A DNA stretch of 64,000 nucleotides. It comes from Stramenopiles sp. TOSAG23-3. Its lineage: Eukaryota. This document shows, piece after piece, positions 42,978 to 53,960 of this stretch. Position numbers and translations under genes: made by a program. The stretch lies in assembly GCA_900128585.1 (NCBI GenBank), contig LT642151.1, forward strand, positions 1 through 64,000, written 5' to 3'. Under the pieces are notes generated by a model. It did not search any database, had not been told where the DNA came from, and was given only the letters and a program-made list of their open reading frames with translations. The first letter of the stretch is position 1. The number at the start of each line of letters is the position of its first letter.

Positions 42978-45155
42978 ATGTTAACCTTCCAGAACGTTGC
43001 CAGGACGATCCGTTCTACTAAACAGCAACTGCGGCATTATAATTTTGCATCTACAAAATACAAAGAATGTTTCGGTGGTTTACCAATAGCCGACGGTGTT
43101 AAGCTGCGGCAGGACACTATCGCGTACTTGGATACGTTTGATCCTCAGTCGTGGTATACCGATCCAGTTACCTCGATTGTGAACGGGGAATACCTAACCG
43201 ACGGGACCCCCACCGCCACCCAGGATGCTTTCAACAACGACAATGGGGTTATCAACTTGGCGACAGAGGCCGAGGTGGACAAAATTATTGCTCACATGAA
43301 GAGCTTCGCTCCTGGCCGTGATTACCGCGAAAAGGTAAGGCTGGTCGAAGAGGAGATATTTGAAAAATTCCCTGCGCAACTTATCGGCAACCAGGCCGTG
43401 GACTTTCGCAAGCAGGACGGCGTGACGGAAATCGAAGAGAGTGTGCAGGCTAACCTTGTTGAACGCCGCCTGAATGATCTGCTACTGGCGGATGAATCCG
43501 CCGGGCGAATCAAGATATCCCGTGCTCCAGCGTACGTTGGTTGCGTATCTAACTTTTCGAACTTTTTAGACCTATCGAGAAAAGTATTACGAAATATTGA
43601 GCTTGGCGTCCCTGCAGTCGTTCTGTCCAGGAGTAATACGACCCAACATATGTTTCGATGGACCCAAATGTTGCTCCCCTTGATGGAAAAGCATGGAGTG
43701 AACAAGGGGCTTCTTACGTACGCTGCGTGTTCAATTGAAGATATCCACAAAATGTTTGAAAATTGTAAGGATGGTGCCATGTACGTCACATGCAGCCGAG
43801 AAATCGCTGCGTCCATACGGGAGTCTCACAGCAATGTGTTGTCCTCGACCGGCGGCCCGAACACGCTAGTGGCAGCGTCTATGACTGACGAAATTCGCGA
43901 TGCCATACAGCTGAGTGCGATGATTGAGAATTCTGGCCAATGCACCGCTTTGCGACATGCATGCATAGGCGGTGCAAGTGAGGAAGACATGGAAGCGATG
44001 TTCAACGACGCGCCAGTTGTCACTACGCCCCAAGATGCCCTTCGCAATGGTGCGTTTGCCGGCATATACGATGGCGATTACTCGGCCCCATTCGACTTGG
44101 CGGAAGGATATAAGACCCACCCGTCCCATAGCAACATTGCATATCGGGTAAGCGAAGACCTGCCCTCCGATGGAATAAATGAGCAGTGGAGGCAAGTGTA
44201 CGTGGACATGACTTCCCCTTCCCCAGACGATTTTGGCAGCGACAAGCAGTTGCAGGACCTGGCTGGGTGGTTGGTGCGGAACCAACCAATCACGTTGGCA
44301 ATGAATACCGTCAACAGTGAAATGGCTTACGCCCGAAAACTGTTTGAGTTGACTGGACAAGTTGTTTACACAGTAGGTTTCGAAGGGAATGTAGCCTTAA
44401 CGTGCCAAGCCCGACCACAAGAGGGTGAGGTTTTTGGGGAATTCCCCGTCAGGCGAGACCTTGCCAAATATACAAGGTACCCAGTAATTATTCCAAGTCC
44501 CACTCCAGCCTACAACTCCAACTATGAAATCAGCTACTTGGAAAGTGTGGGAGAAGGCACTTGTGATGACCAAGGCTTGAAAGAAATATTATCTGGCATC
44601 AATTCGATAGCTGTGCGGGGGTTCTGCATTTTACTGAAAGAATACCTGGCGGACGCGTGTGGTGCAAATCGTGGGGACGGAAAAAACACAGGTGGGCCAG
44701 ATCGCTCCATTTTGTACGGTTTGCAAAGGCCACCCCTAAATGGGCAAGCTACCGTGATTCGTTGCGATGCTGAATCTACGTGGGACGAACTGGCGCCAAC
44801 GCTGATTCCGTTTTACGCGACGAACGCATTCTCTGGCATGTATGTATCTTGCGACCCGCAAAACAAAATTATGCTCGAGCAATTGCAAAAGCTGGATGAG
44901 ATGAGCAGCAAAGTGCATTTGGAGACTGATGAAGAATTTGAAACTTGTTGCGAATCAAATGAGTTTTACAACGTCGTGACCCCAGGTGCGCTAGCCGATA
45001 ACAACAATACATCTTCTACGGAAGAATTTCCCATGGTCGGTCAATTTGTCTCGTTATATTTTCCCATGGGGCACATCAAGAGCACCCGCCAAGACGATGA
45101 GGAGTTCATCAAATATTTTTCAGAGAGCGAGAAATGGCTTCAAATGCGCAATTAA
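42978..45155 (+). CDS. Divergent aldehyde dehydrogenase-fold protein, probable mitochondrial presequence
   Basis: VSNFSNF, SSTGGPNTLV (cf. ExGGxN), NSGQCTA (catalytic Cys), GEVFG. Arg/Thr-rich, acid-free N-terminus. Confidence 0.65.
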   Translation: MLTFQNVARTIRSTKQQLRHYNFASTKYKECFGGLPIADGVKLRQDTIAYLDTFDPQSWYTDPVTSIVNGEYLTDGTPTATQDAFNNDNGVINLATEAEVDKIIAHMKSFAPGRDYREKVRLVEEEIFEKFPAQLIGNQAVDFRKQDGVTEIEESVQANLVERRLNDLLLADESAGRIKISRAPAYVGCVSNFSNFLDLSRKVLRNIELGVPAVVLSRSNTTQHMFRWTQMLLPLMEKHGVNKGLLTYAACSIEDIHKMFENCKDGAMYVTCSREIAASIRESHSNVLSSTGGPNTLVAASMTDEIRDAIQLSAMIENSGQCTALRHACIGGASEEDMEAMFNDAPVVTTPQDALRNGAFAGIYDGDYSAPFDLAEGYKTHPSHSNIAYRVSEDLPSDGINEQWRQVYVDMTSPSPDDFGSDKQLQDLAGWLVRNQPITLAMNTVNSEMAYARKLFELTGQVVYTVGFEGNVALTCQARPQEGEVFGEFPVRRDLAKYTRYPVIIPSPTPAYNSNYEISYLESVGEGTCDDQGLKEILSGINSIAVRGFCILLKEYLADACGANRGDGKNTGGPDRSILYGLQRPPLNGQATVIRCDAESTWDELAPTLIPFYATNAFSGMYVSCDPQNKIMLEQLQKLDEMSSKVHLETDEEFETCCESNEFYNVVTPGALADNNNTSSTEEFPMVGQFVSLYFPMGHIKSTRQDDEEFIKYFSESEKWLQMRN

Positions 45156-45204
45156 AAATTAAGTTTAGCGCTTATATAAAAACGAAATATAATCTTTATG
45201 AATT

Positions 45205-45229
45205 AATAACAGCCATAATTTTGTTTTTA
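45205..45229 (-). repeat. Short copy of repeat module C overlapping the TPR gene stop
   Basis: The minus strand reads TAAAAACAAAATTATGGCTGTTATT. Confidence 0.65.
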
Positions 45230-48200
45230 ATCTTCATGATTAAATGAAGTTGTACTCTTTCCGTTGTGCCCCATAACTGTTGAAGACACCCTGGCTAAAT
45301 CCCAACGCGGGCCGTTTGGGGTAATTTGTTGTAAAGCAAGCTTCGCTTCTAAGTGGTCAGGGTTTGCTACGAGGGCCTTCTTAAACCACTCCATCGCCCC
45401 CTTGAAGTCTTGCTCTCGGTATGCTACTACCCCCAAATTATTGAATACAGTTGGGTGGTGTGGTGCGCCTTTCAGAACGATTTCGTATTGATTTCTTGCT
45501 TCGCGAAGATGGCCGGCGCGCAACAACGAATTGCCATAATCAATTCTGGCTTGCAAACGGGTCTCGTTGTCTTGGGACGTGCGCAACTCCATGGACTCGT
45601 ACATAAATTCTATCGATTCAGTGTGCCGCTCTAACTCGGACAGCAAACTGCCTAGTTCGCTCAAGGTGTTAGCAATAGCATTGGTATTTGAGGCAGAGCG
45701 AAAATGACGCAACGCATCTTTATATAACGCTACAGCCGCATCATAGTTACCGTGGGGGTCCTTTACTATAGTTTTAGCAAGCCGAAGCTGTATTTCTACC
45801 TCCGCGATAGCTTCCAGGTCACCATCTTTTCTAGCTTTTCGGCACATACGGATCGCATGGCGAAAATGCCTTGCTGCAGCCCGAACTTCACCGCATTCGT
45901 CCAAGAAGGCACCCAAGTTGAACCGTGAGTGACAGCCGTCGTCTATCTTTATCGACCTTTCTATCAATTTCTGGGCTTCGTCTTTCCGCCCCAGTTGGTA
46001 CAGGGCGACCCCTAAATTATTGTTTATGTGTGAATCGTCGGGTTGCAGGGCGAGGGCTTGAGCAAGCACTTGCGATGCTTCCAGCACCGTGCCATTTTTT
46101 AGCAAAGACGACCCTAGCATGTAATACAATTTTCCGTCCACCTTTGCCGTGGTCGCATTTATTGCTTTTCGGTACGCGCCAATGGCCATGTGGTAAAAGT
46201 CTTGTTCTCCCGAATCTGCGCGTTGCTTGTAAACATCACCAAGCAAACGTAGACCTCTAAAAGTCAACTTTCGTTTTATGTGGCCATTTCCCGTTTCACG
46301 GTAAAAAAATTCAAGCAAAATCTTCTCCGCCTTCTCCAAGTCGCCTTGCAAAAAGTACGCGTGGGCTTCTAGCTCAGACGAACGCACATAAACTTCGTGG
46401 TTTTCAACCCCAGCCCTGCTGGCCATCGAACGAGCCAAGTGCAACGACTCGATTCCGCGCTCGTACATCTGGGCGTTGATATCGCTTGTCCCAACATCAA
46501 GAGCAACCTGCAAAAGAGTATCAATGTCAGATTTTACAAGGGCATTGGACACCATATCCTGTCCCATTAGTTGCTCGGTTGCTTTCTGAAGGTATCCTAC
46601 AGCCGTGTGCATTGAATTTTTGATGCCCTTCATGTAAATTTCTATCAGAGAAGACAGTGCTACAATATCTTGAGGGCTCTCATTCAGCCAGATTTCACAT
46701 TGCTTCTTTGCCTCTTCCCAGTTTCCAAGGAAAGCCAATACGCGCACAATCCGTTGCCATGCAAGTTTTCGGGAGGTTCCTACTTTGTTGCGGACAAGAC
46801 CCAATTGCTTGAACACGGGAATCGATGAATTGGTCGGCAAATCGTCGGTAACAATTGGTGTAGTCTTGAGTACTGATTCGCTTAGTCGCACGAGTTCTGT
46901 CAGTTGGTCAATGTCCAATGCTGCAATATTGCTTCCTTCTACTTGTTCCGCCAGCTCCAGAAGGGACCTCGTTGTCGGTCGTAGAGCTATTGATTGGCGC
47001 AGGTAAAGTTCGGCCTTGTCCGAGTACCCGTGAAATGCGTACACGGACGCGATCTCGTTCATAAACGCCCATTTTCTGTTTTCCGGAGCAATGTTTATTG
47101 CGACTTCTGCACCATCCACTAAACCTTTGTTTTCCATCGCACTATTGACATGTTTTTGAGCGTCGTCGATAGCGGCTTGCTCTTTGATTAGCGACGACAG
47201 CAATTTGACGTATTTAAGTTTGTCAATGTCTTCTTTGCCTTGCGAGACTGAGCGGATAAAATCGATGGCTTCGCTAACCTCGCCACATTCTACCAAGTTG
47301 CTTGCTAAACGGTCGGCTTTCAAAAATGAAACACGTTTTTCTATGCTTCGGAGTTCTCTGTAGAAAAGTACGGCTTCCGCGCAACGATTGGAACTAAACA
47401 GTTTGTTCATGAGCAAGGTGAGGGCGCGCGAAGTAAAACCGCCTCCGGCCGCCTGCGCCTTCAAAAGCCTGTAATAAATGGTAATGGCCATTTCGGGTTG
47501 TTTATCCTTTGCCAACAGTTGCGCTAGGCGGTAGTAAGCATCAAACCCAGACGGGTCCGCGTCGATAGCTGCCACATACAAATTTGCAGCCCTCTGCAGA
47601 TTGCCTTGGTCCGCGTGAACAATTCCAGCATCAGCAAGAAGACTCGCAGTTTCCTGGGGAGTCAACGAGGGGGAAGACGTTTTCGTAGCTTCGTCCACTA
47701 AATAAATTGCTTCGTCAAAAAGGGCCACTGCCTTTGCTGTGTCGCCACTTAAGTGCGCGGTTCGCCCAAACGCGTGATACACTGCAGCGGACACGTCGTT
47801 CATGCCGCGTTTGCGTCCAAGAACGGCATTTTCGTATGCTGCAGCTGCGCGCGCCCATTCTCCTCTCTCTTCCATCCCTTTGGCGCGCTGGATGATGGAG
47901 AAATACTCACCATCAGACATCGACGCCTGGGGAGGAGCACCGTTGCTCGCAATTCCCCCCTCGATATTGAGGGCGGCTAGCCCAGGTTCAATTTTACTAT
48001 TGCTCTCCTGCCCTGGAACAACCATTGCTGGCATGTTAACAAAACTTTGCGAGTCAATGCCAGCGATGCTGGGACCGTTCCCTCCGATTGGCTGCTGTAT
48101 GCTGTTTTTGGCTTTTGGTTTGGTAACATTTTTTGGCTTCTTTTGCCCCACAATGGAATGTACCATGCCCGTCATCCAGCTCATCCAGCTCCCGGAAGAT

Positions 48201-50302
48201 TGTTTCTGCGACATCAAGATTCCATTTATATTCTTCATGACGGAGGAACCGATTTTTCCGGGGTTCAGGCGCAAGACCAGTGGCACAAAAGGGCCCAAAT
48301 CGCCAGTTGAACCGGAGTACTTGCGAGAACAAACCCAAAACCCGAAGGCGTTACGAAGTTGAACCGTAGAAGCTCTGTCCACGGCTTCGATGCCTTCGTT
48401 TCCCTCTTCTAGGTGAACTATGCCAAGGTTATTTTTGATCGAGTACTCAGGTTCTTCGCACCCTTTGGGCACCATATGAAAGGACACGTTAAGTCCGGTG
48501 CGAACCTTTACCATCGTCTCGTCCACATTGGGCCCCGGGGTATGGACGCGCACAACGGCAAGGTTGTTCAGGCATATCCCCTGTACTAAATCGTGGATCT
48601 CTGAAGGAAAATAACCCTTGCTGCCACTACCGTCGCTGATGCAAGCCTTGAAGGAATCGATCGCTTGGCTCCACTGCCTTAAGGCAGCATGAATACTCCC
48701 TTTCAACAGATGAAGTTCTCGCGATTTCAAAAGGTCGGGGCTTGGAGAGCTGTGCAAAAATTGCTCCGCGGTGCTCAAGGTGTCTAGGACTTTCTTCACT
48801 GCGAAACTGCCCTCTTCAACTTGGACCATGGCCAGGGTTGCGTAGCATTCCCAGCAGCGATCGTCAATCCATACAGAGCGTTGGGCGACTTCGATGGCTT
48901 CGTCTACCTTTCCAGCAAACAAAAGAAATCGTGCAAACTTACTATACGTTCGAGCGTCCTGATTCTTCACGCGGATGACGGAGCGCATGTGGAGAGCGGC
49001 GGCCACGGGGCTATTTCTCCTGGACAACACGTCCGCCAATTTCTCCTCCACGGTTGCAACGCTGCCTGGTTCTATTTGGGCGTTCGCGCCCTCCGAGTAC
49101 AGTTCAAGGAGCTGGATCAGGTACACCTTTGCAGCTTTGTCGTTGCCCTGTTGCACCAGGACGTCGGCCATCAGCGCAAGTGATTGCTTCCTGGCCCCCA
49201 GGTCGCTTTGCTCGGACGACAAGAGAACCGCCTTTTGCGAGTGGGAGTGGGCTTCCTTGTACCGCTGCTCCTTCGCAAACAGCACGCCCAGTTTCAAATG
49301 CGCTTTCAGCAGTTTATCATTAAGCCACGTGGCCTGCTGATAGTGCGATATTGCCCGCGAGATAATTCGAAAAATTTCGGACGTGTCGGCCTGTTGGCTG
49401 TACTGCGACAGCAGTTGCGCGTGCTTGTCGTGGCAGTCCCCGAGCGAGAGCTGTATCGTCGCCGACTTGGGCGCCATCCGGGTGGCCTTTTCTAAATTTT
49501 TCGTCCCCTCTTCCCAATTTTCTGCAAAGCACAAGAGGTTTCCGAGGCGGACGTACATGGTCACGTCGACTGCGCTGGGCGCCATGCTCCCAATGCCATT
49601 TTTAAGGATCGACGTCGCCAAACCGACGTTGTTGTCGTTTACTGCGCACTCCGCCAGGCCCAAGACCGATACGCCCAGCAGCCCCTCCTCGACCTTCCCG
49701 TCCTTGGTTTCGGCAGACTTGTAATATTTGCACGCCTCGGTCTTCTCCCCCATGAGCGACAGGGTATGGCCTGTTAAAACATCAAGACTGCTCAGCCTAT
49801 CGTTTTTGCTGACAGCTTTCAGAAACGCGTCCCGGGCTTTCCCCAGCGTTTCTGTGTGCTTCTGGGTGACGTTGGCCGGCAGAGCCTTTAGGTACGAGAA
49901 GCCTAGCTTGCAGTGCCCCTCTGCCATATTCGGCACCAACAGGGACACCACCTTGAAATACTTGACTGCACTATGGTACTCGGACGACGCCAATGACTGG
50001 GCCCCCTTCTCCCAATTTTCCAACGCGCGTTCGAGGCGGCCCTCTTCCTCCACTATTCGACGAGCCTGCTCGTAGGAATGTGTTTGGCTATTCGCCACGT
50101 TGACCCCGCTGGGCACACTGGAGAGTTTGGCCATTTGTTCTTTGATATACAGCCCGCCACCGTCGCACGCACGCAAAACGTGCGTGCCTACAAGACTCTG
50201 AGGTGCAACATGCCCCGATAGAAAGGCGAGAACAATCGCGCCAAATGCAGCACGGAGCCCAAACAACCCCCTACCACCAAAAAAGACCTGCCGTGTCGCC
50301 AT
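45227..50302 (-). CDS. Large TPR-repeat protein with N-terminal signal peptide/anchor
   Basis: Many TPR units (HINNNLGVALYQLGRKDEA, VFNNLGVVAYREQDFKGAMEWFKKAL..P). Hydrophobic AFGAIVLAFLSG near the first ATG (50302). Confidence 0.85.
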   Translation of the reverse strand: MATRQVFFGGRGLFGLRAAFGAIVLAFLSGHVAPQSLVGTHVLRACDGGGLYIKEQMAKLSSVPSGVNVANSQTHSYEQARRIVEEEGRLERALENWEKGAQSLASSEYHSAVKYFKVVSLLVPNMAEGHCKLGFSYLKALPANVTQKHTETLGKARDAFLKAVSKNDRLSSLDVLTGHTLSLMGEKTEACKYYKSAETKDGKVEEGLLGVSVLGLAECAVNDNNVGLATSILKNGIGSMAPSAVDVTMYVRLGNLLCFAENWEEGTKNLEKATRMAPKSATIQLSLGDCHDKHAQLLSQYSQQADTSEIFRIISRAISHYQQATWLNDKLLKAHLKLGVLFAKEQRYKEAHSHSQKAVLLSSEQSDLGARKQSLALMADVLVQQGNDKAAKVYLIQLLELYSEGANAQIEPGSVATVEEKLADVLSRRNSPVAAALHMRSVIRVKNQDARTYSKFARFLLFAGKVDEAIEVAQRSVWIDDRCWECYATLAMVQVEEGSFAVKKVLDTLSTAEQFLHSSPSPDLLKSRELHLLKGSIHAALRQWSQAIDSFKACISDGSGSKGYFPSEIHDLVQGICLNNLAVVRVHTPGPNVDETMVKVRTGLNVSFHMVPKGCEEPEYSIKNNLGIVHLEEGNEGIEAVDRASTVQLRNAFGFWVCSRKYSGSTGDLGPFVPLVLRLNPGKIGSSVMKNINGILMSQKQSSGSWMSWMTGMVHSIVGQKKPKNVTKPKAKNSIQQPIGGNGPSIAGIDSQSFVNMPAMVVPGQESNSKIEPGLAALNIEGGIASNGAPPQASMSDGEYFSIIQRAKGMEERGEWARAAAAYENAVLGRKRGMNDVSAAVYHAFGRTAHLSGDTAKAVALFDEAIYLVDEATKTSSPSLTPQETASLLADAGIVHADQGNLQRAANLYVAAIDADPSGFDAYYRLAQLLAKDKQPEMAITIYYRLLKAQAAGGGFTSRALTLLMNKLFSSNRCAEAVLFYRELRSIEKRVSFLKADRLASNLVECGEVSEAIDFIRSVSQGKEDIDKLKYVKLLSSLIKEQAAIDDAQKHVNSAMENKGLVDGAEVAINIAPENRKWAFMNEIASVYAFHGYSDKAELYLRQSIALRPTTRSLLELAEQVEGSNIAALDIDQLTELVRLSESVLKTTPIVTDDLPTNSSIPVFKQLGLVRNKVGTSRKLAWQRIVRVLAFLGNWEEAKKQCEIWLNESPQDIVALSSLIEIYMKGIKNSMHTAVGYLQKATEQLMGQDMVSNALVKSDIDTLLQVALDVGTSDINAQMYERGIESLHLARSMASRAGVENHEVYVRSSELEAHAYFLQGDLEKAEKILLEFFYRETGNGHIKRKLTFRGLRLLGDVYKQRADSGEQDFYHMAIGAYRKAINATTAKVDGKLYYMLGSSLLKNGTVLEASQVLAQALALQPDDSHINNNLGVALYQLGRKDEAQKLIERSIKIDDGCHSRFNLGAFLDECGEVRAAARHFRHAIRMCRKARKDGDLEAIAEVEIQLRLAKTIVKDPHGNYDAAVALYKDALRHFRSASNTNAIANTLSELGSLLSELERHTESIEFMYESMELRTSQDNETRLQARIDYGNSLLRAGHLREARNQYEIVLKGAPHHPTVFNNLGVVAYREQDFKGAMEWFKKALVANPDHLEAKLALQQITPNGPRWDLARVSSTVMGHNGKSTTSFNHED

Positions 50303-52022
50303 AGTTACGCACGAACTTGTTTGCGCGCTTTCCCCCGTGCTTGGCCGTGCACTCACCACTGCACTGCTTCTCGTTTGACACACTTGGTACCCGTAAGGAG
50401 CGAATATGTTACAACTAAAACCACTCTCTTGTATTCCGATGCGTACGCAACCGGCTTTGTTGGCGTTGATTAAACTATTCGTCTTTCTACACTCTACATT
50501 ATCTTTTTAATTATTTACGTTTGCTTGTACCTAAAACTATTGCAAACATAAACATCAAATTTTCCTCACAATCCATCCATCTTCTAATTTTTTTATTTTT
50601 TTAGACCGACGACCATTGGTGGTACTTGGTACAGTAGTATAATAATAACTAATAATAACTGACCTTATAATCATCATCTATCTCCTGACGTATTTAACAA
50701 CTAATAGAAGAAGAAAGAAAGAAGAAAGAAAGAAAGAGAAGAAAGAAAGAAAGAGAAGAAAGAAAGAAAATTATGATGATCATCGATCATTAAATTATAT
50801 ATCTTTCTTTTCTTTTAAAGTATATTATAGATAGGGTTATTATAAATGAAAGTATATTTATTTGTTATGTTTATGTGTATTATTAATTCTTTATTTATAA
50901 TGTAAATATGTTTTAATTATAAATTATATAGGTAATGTTTATGTTTTCAAATCGTTCTTTTTCTTTTTTATGATGATGGACTCTCCAAGCTGGTTGATAG
51001 GGAGGGTATTAACCCAATGGTATTCATATGTACTTAGAAAGAGATAAGTTAAATCAGAAAAAATCCGCATCGCTTTTGTACCACATATATTGTACATATA
51101 CTTGTACAGCATCAACTAAAAAAAGGGCCAATCAAACCAAGTAAAAGAACAAGCACAAATTACTGTATTCAAAAAAACTCATACCTATCTAATTTTAGCC
51201 ACGTAAAAATAAACAAGAGAGCCAAAGCTCTTCTTTGCGAATTTCTTCAATAGAATCTTATGTACGCTGTGTATATGTATTAATATACCATGAATTCGTT
51301 TTCTACTATTTTATTTAGAATATTATTTTGTGACGACAAGCTAACTCTCCTAAATTATTATTTTTAAATTATTATCTTGGACGAGTGTGTCATCTATTTT
51401 CTTCGCAATTTATTTGATTGGTTCGTGCGAAAGAAGAAAGTTTTACGAAGTACGGTAAGCACTAAGGATTGTGTTGTGGATTTTCATATTTTGTTTTTGT
51501 TATAGGTTTTACATATATTTTTAGATTATTATATACAGTGTACGTATATATATTAAATTATTATAAATGGAATCTTAAAGATGCGGATTCTCATATCCTC
51601 CTCACTGCCTTAAAATTCTTGTTTGTATTTTTGCTTAGCTGAGTCGAGACGTGTAACGTAACGGCGTTTCTTTTGCTGAAATCGAAGGAGGAGTTTATTT
51701 TTTATAATAATATTTATACGTGGGGGCAGCAGAGGAGGAAGTATAAAGTTTAGTTGAAGTCTAGAGCTGTACTACTGGTACAGTACATGAAGTAGTAATT
51801 ATACGACTATATCGATGACAATAATATGGTGGGGAAGGCGGGCGGCGGGGGGGTTAAAAAAAGATTAATATAAAAATAACAAATATATTTTAAGTTTTAA
51901 GTTATTAACAATCCAAGAAGATAACATTTTGTAAGGGAAAAATAGTTTTGCCATAATTGTTAGCAAACGTTACATGGGAGGTTTCCACGGCAAGGTAAGA
52001 AGAATTTTAGTTTGAGGCAAAC

Positions 52023-53900
52023 ATGTGGACAAAACAATCGCCGACGAGGAAACGGGGAAGGCGACGGTCCACGAAAACAATTCCAAAGGTGCGGACGGAT
52101 GCATCAAACGTACTTGGTGAAAGGACATTGAGCTGCAAAAAAATACCTCGGTCGCCATCGTGTACAACTTCACCAACCATCTCTCCTCCTCCCCTAAAAC
52201 TGTCCCCTTCCCATTCGGTTAGTACATCGTTCTGGACGTCTCCAAGGTTGCAAAACTCGCCGCGTCGACCCGAAGTCAACCATGTAGACGGGGACAATGC
52301 GCCGAGCAACAAGTCGCCATTAAAGGCCCGAAGGGTCGTCTCGGTGAAGAAACTGTTGGCACAAGATCAACCCAACAACCAGCAAGAGCAGGGCAGTGAG
52401 CCTGGACAAAAGGCAACTTTGGGCAACGAGAAACGCAACGAGCAACGCAACGAGAAACGCCGGTCGTCCATTCACCTATTGCAGGCAGGCGCAGACGGCG
52501 CCCACAAGGAAGGAAATTCCCATGTTCACGTTCTGAAGGAGAAATTAATGCATAAAATGGCCACCCTGGCGATGGATGACGACGAAGCAGTTCACACTGC
52601 AAATGTAGAATTGAGCATGCTAGACGTGCACGACCTGATCTCTACGCTAGCAGAGTTTGAGTCTATGCTGTCCATGGGGAACGTTCATGTGGACGACTTC
52701 GACGATGTCAGCACAAAAGAAATTATTGGAGAGTACTCCCCTAGTACTAAATCAAACAAGACGTTCGCGATGCGGAAATGGGGAAAAGCGTTAAAGAGCA
52801 TTTCAAACAAAATACACCCCGACAAGAGAAAAGACCACGTTCAGTTTTTCAAATCGCTAAAAGTCCTCAAGGTGCCGGCCAGCACCATCAAAACTGCCCT
52901 AGGCCTTTTGCAAGATTTTGGAAAATGGCATTTAGACATTCTAGAACTTGGCGAAATATGCGGTAAAGAGACGTTTGCTTTCTTGGCACATTTGGTCTGT
53001 CAGAGCCTCCCGTTGGATCTAGACTCCATCAATGTAGACCCAGAGGTCCTGCACAACTACATGGAGGCGATTGCAAGGCATTACCGTGAAGACAACCCGT
53101 ACCACAATGCGCTGCATGGCGCAGACGTTGGGCATGCCGTGTTTCATTTTTTGACAGTCGAACATTGGGACGAATTCATGAAGCCCCTCGAGGTGTTTAG
53201 CTGTGTTATGGCCGGGTTCTTGCACGACTGTGGTCACCCAGGCGTGAACAACGCTTACCTCGTCAACACATCTCACATGCTGGCACTGCGGTACCATGAT
53301 CGCTCGCCATTAGAAAACATGCATGCGGCGATAGCAATGGAGACTTTGAAAGAGGATGGGTGCAATTTTATGGCCACCATGACGCGGGGGAGCAGGAAAA
53401 CGTTTCGTAGTATTCTAATTGAAACCATCCTTGGGACCGACAACGCGCTGCACTTCGACCACATCATGAGACTGCAAGATAACTTGATGAAAGGCCATCA
53501 GAAAGACAACCCCTTTACAGTGGGCGACGAGGGCAGTCGAATGTTTATTCTGCAGCTGCTCCTGCATTTGTGCGATTTGTCCAACCCTGCGAAACCATTG
53601 TCAACTTATTTGCAGTGGTGCGACCTCGTAATGGCAGAATTTCACATGCTTGGAGACAAAGAGAAAGAAGCCGGGTTGCCCGTGGGACATATTTTTAAAA
53701 GGGAGACCCCTTTGCACGATGTGCAAATTGGGTTTGTAAAGTATTTGGTGAATCCGTTCTACTTAGAGATGAACAAAATTGGCGGCGTTGACCTGAAAAC
53801 ACAACTTTCGTGTATAGACATTAACCTTAAGTACTTTCAGGACATCAAGAAGCTAAAGGAGGAAGAGGAAAAGAAGGAGAACGACGCAAAGAAGGAGTAA
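52023..53900 (+). CDS. Class I 3',5'-cyclic nucleotide phosphodiesterase
   Basis: NPYHNALHGADV, HDCGHPGVNNAYL, SPLENMH, ILGTD, HLCDLSNPAK, EFHMLGDKEK, QIGF. Confidence 0.95.
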   Translation: MWTKQSPTRKRGRRRSTKTIPKVRTDASNVLGERTLSCKKIPRSPSCTTSPTISPPPLKLSPSHSVSTSFWTSPRLQNSPRRPEVNHVDGDNAPSNKSPLKARRVVSVKKLLAQDQPNNQQEQGSEPGQKATLGNEKRNEQRNEKRRSSIHLLQAGADGAHKEGNSHVHVLKEKLMHKMATLAMDDDEAVHTANVELSMLDVHDLISTLAEFESMLSMGNVHVDDFDDVSTKEIIGEYSPSTKSNKTFAMRKWGKALKSISNKIHPDKRKDHVQFFKSLKVLKVPASTIKTALGLLQDFGKWHLDILELGEICGKETFAFLAHLVCQSLPLDLDSINVDPEVLHNYMEAIARHYREDNPYHNALHGADVGHAVFHFLTVEHWDEFMKPLEVFSCVMAGFLHDCGHPGVNNAYLVNTSHMLALRYHDRSPLENMHAAIAMETLKEDGCNFMATMTRGSRKTFRSILIETILGTDNALHFDHIMRLQDNLMKGHQKDNPFTVGDEGSRMFILQLLLHLCDLSNPAKPLSTYLQWCDLVMAEFHMLGDKEKEAGLPVGHIFKRETPLHDVQIGFVKYLVNPFYLEMNKIGGVDLKTQLSCIDINLKYFQDIKKLKEEEEKKENDAKKE

Positions 53901-53960
53901 GAGAAGGATAATATGCATACACGAAAGCACAAACTAACATAGTGTGCACAAACAGTATCA

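Noticed and set aside
50970-51060. ATGATGA as a C/D snoRNA box C
   Set aside because: No CTGA box D at a suitable distance.
52790-52830. HPDK in the PDE as a J-domain
   Set aside because: Isolated motif without the surrounding J-domain helix pattern.
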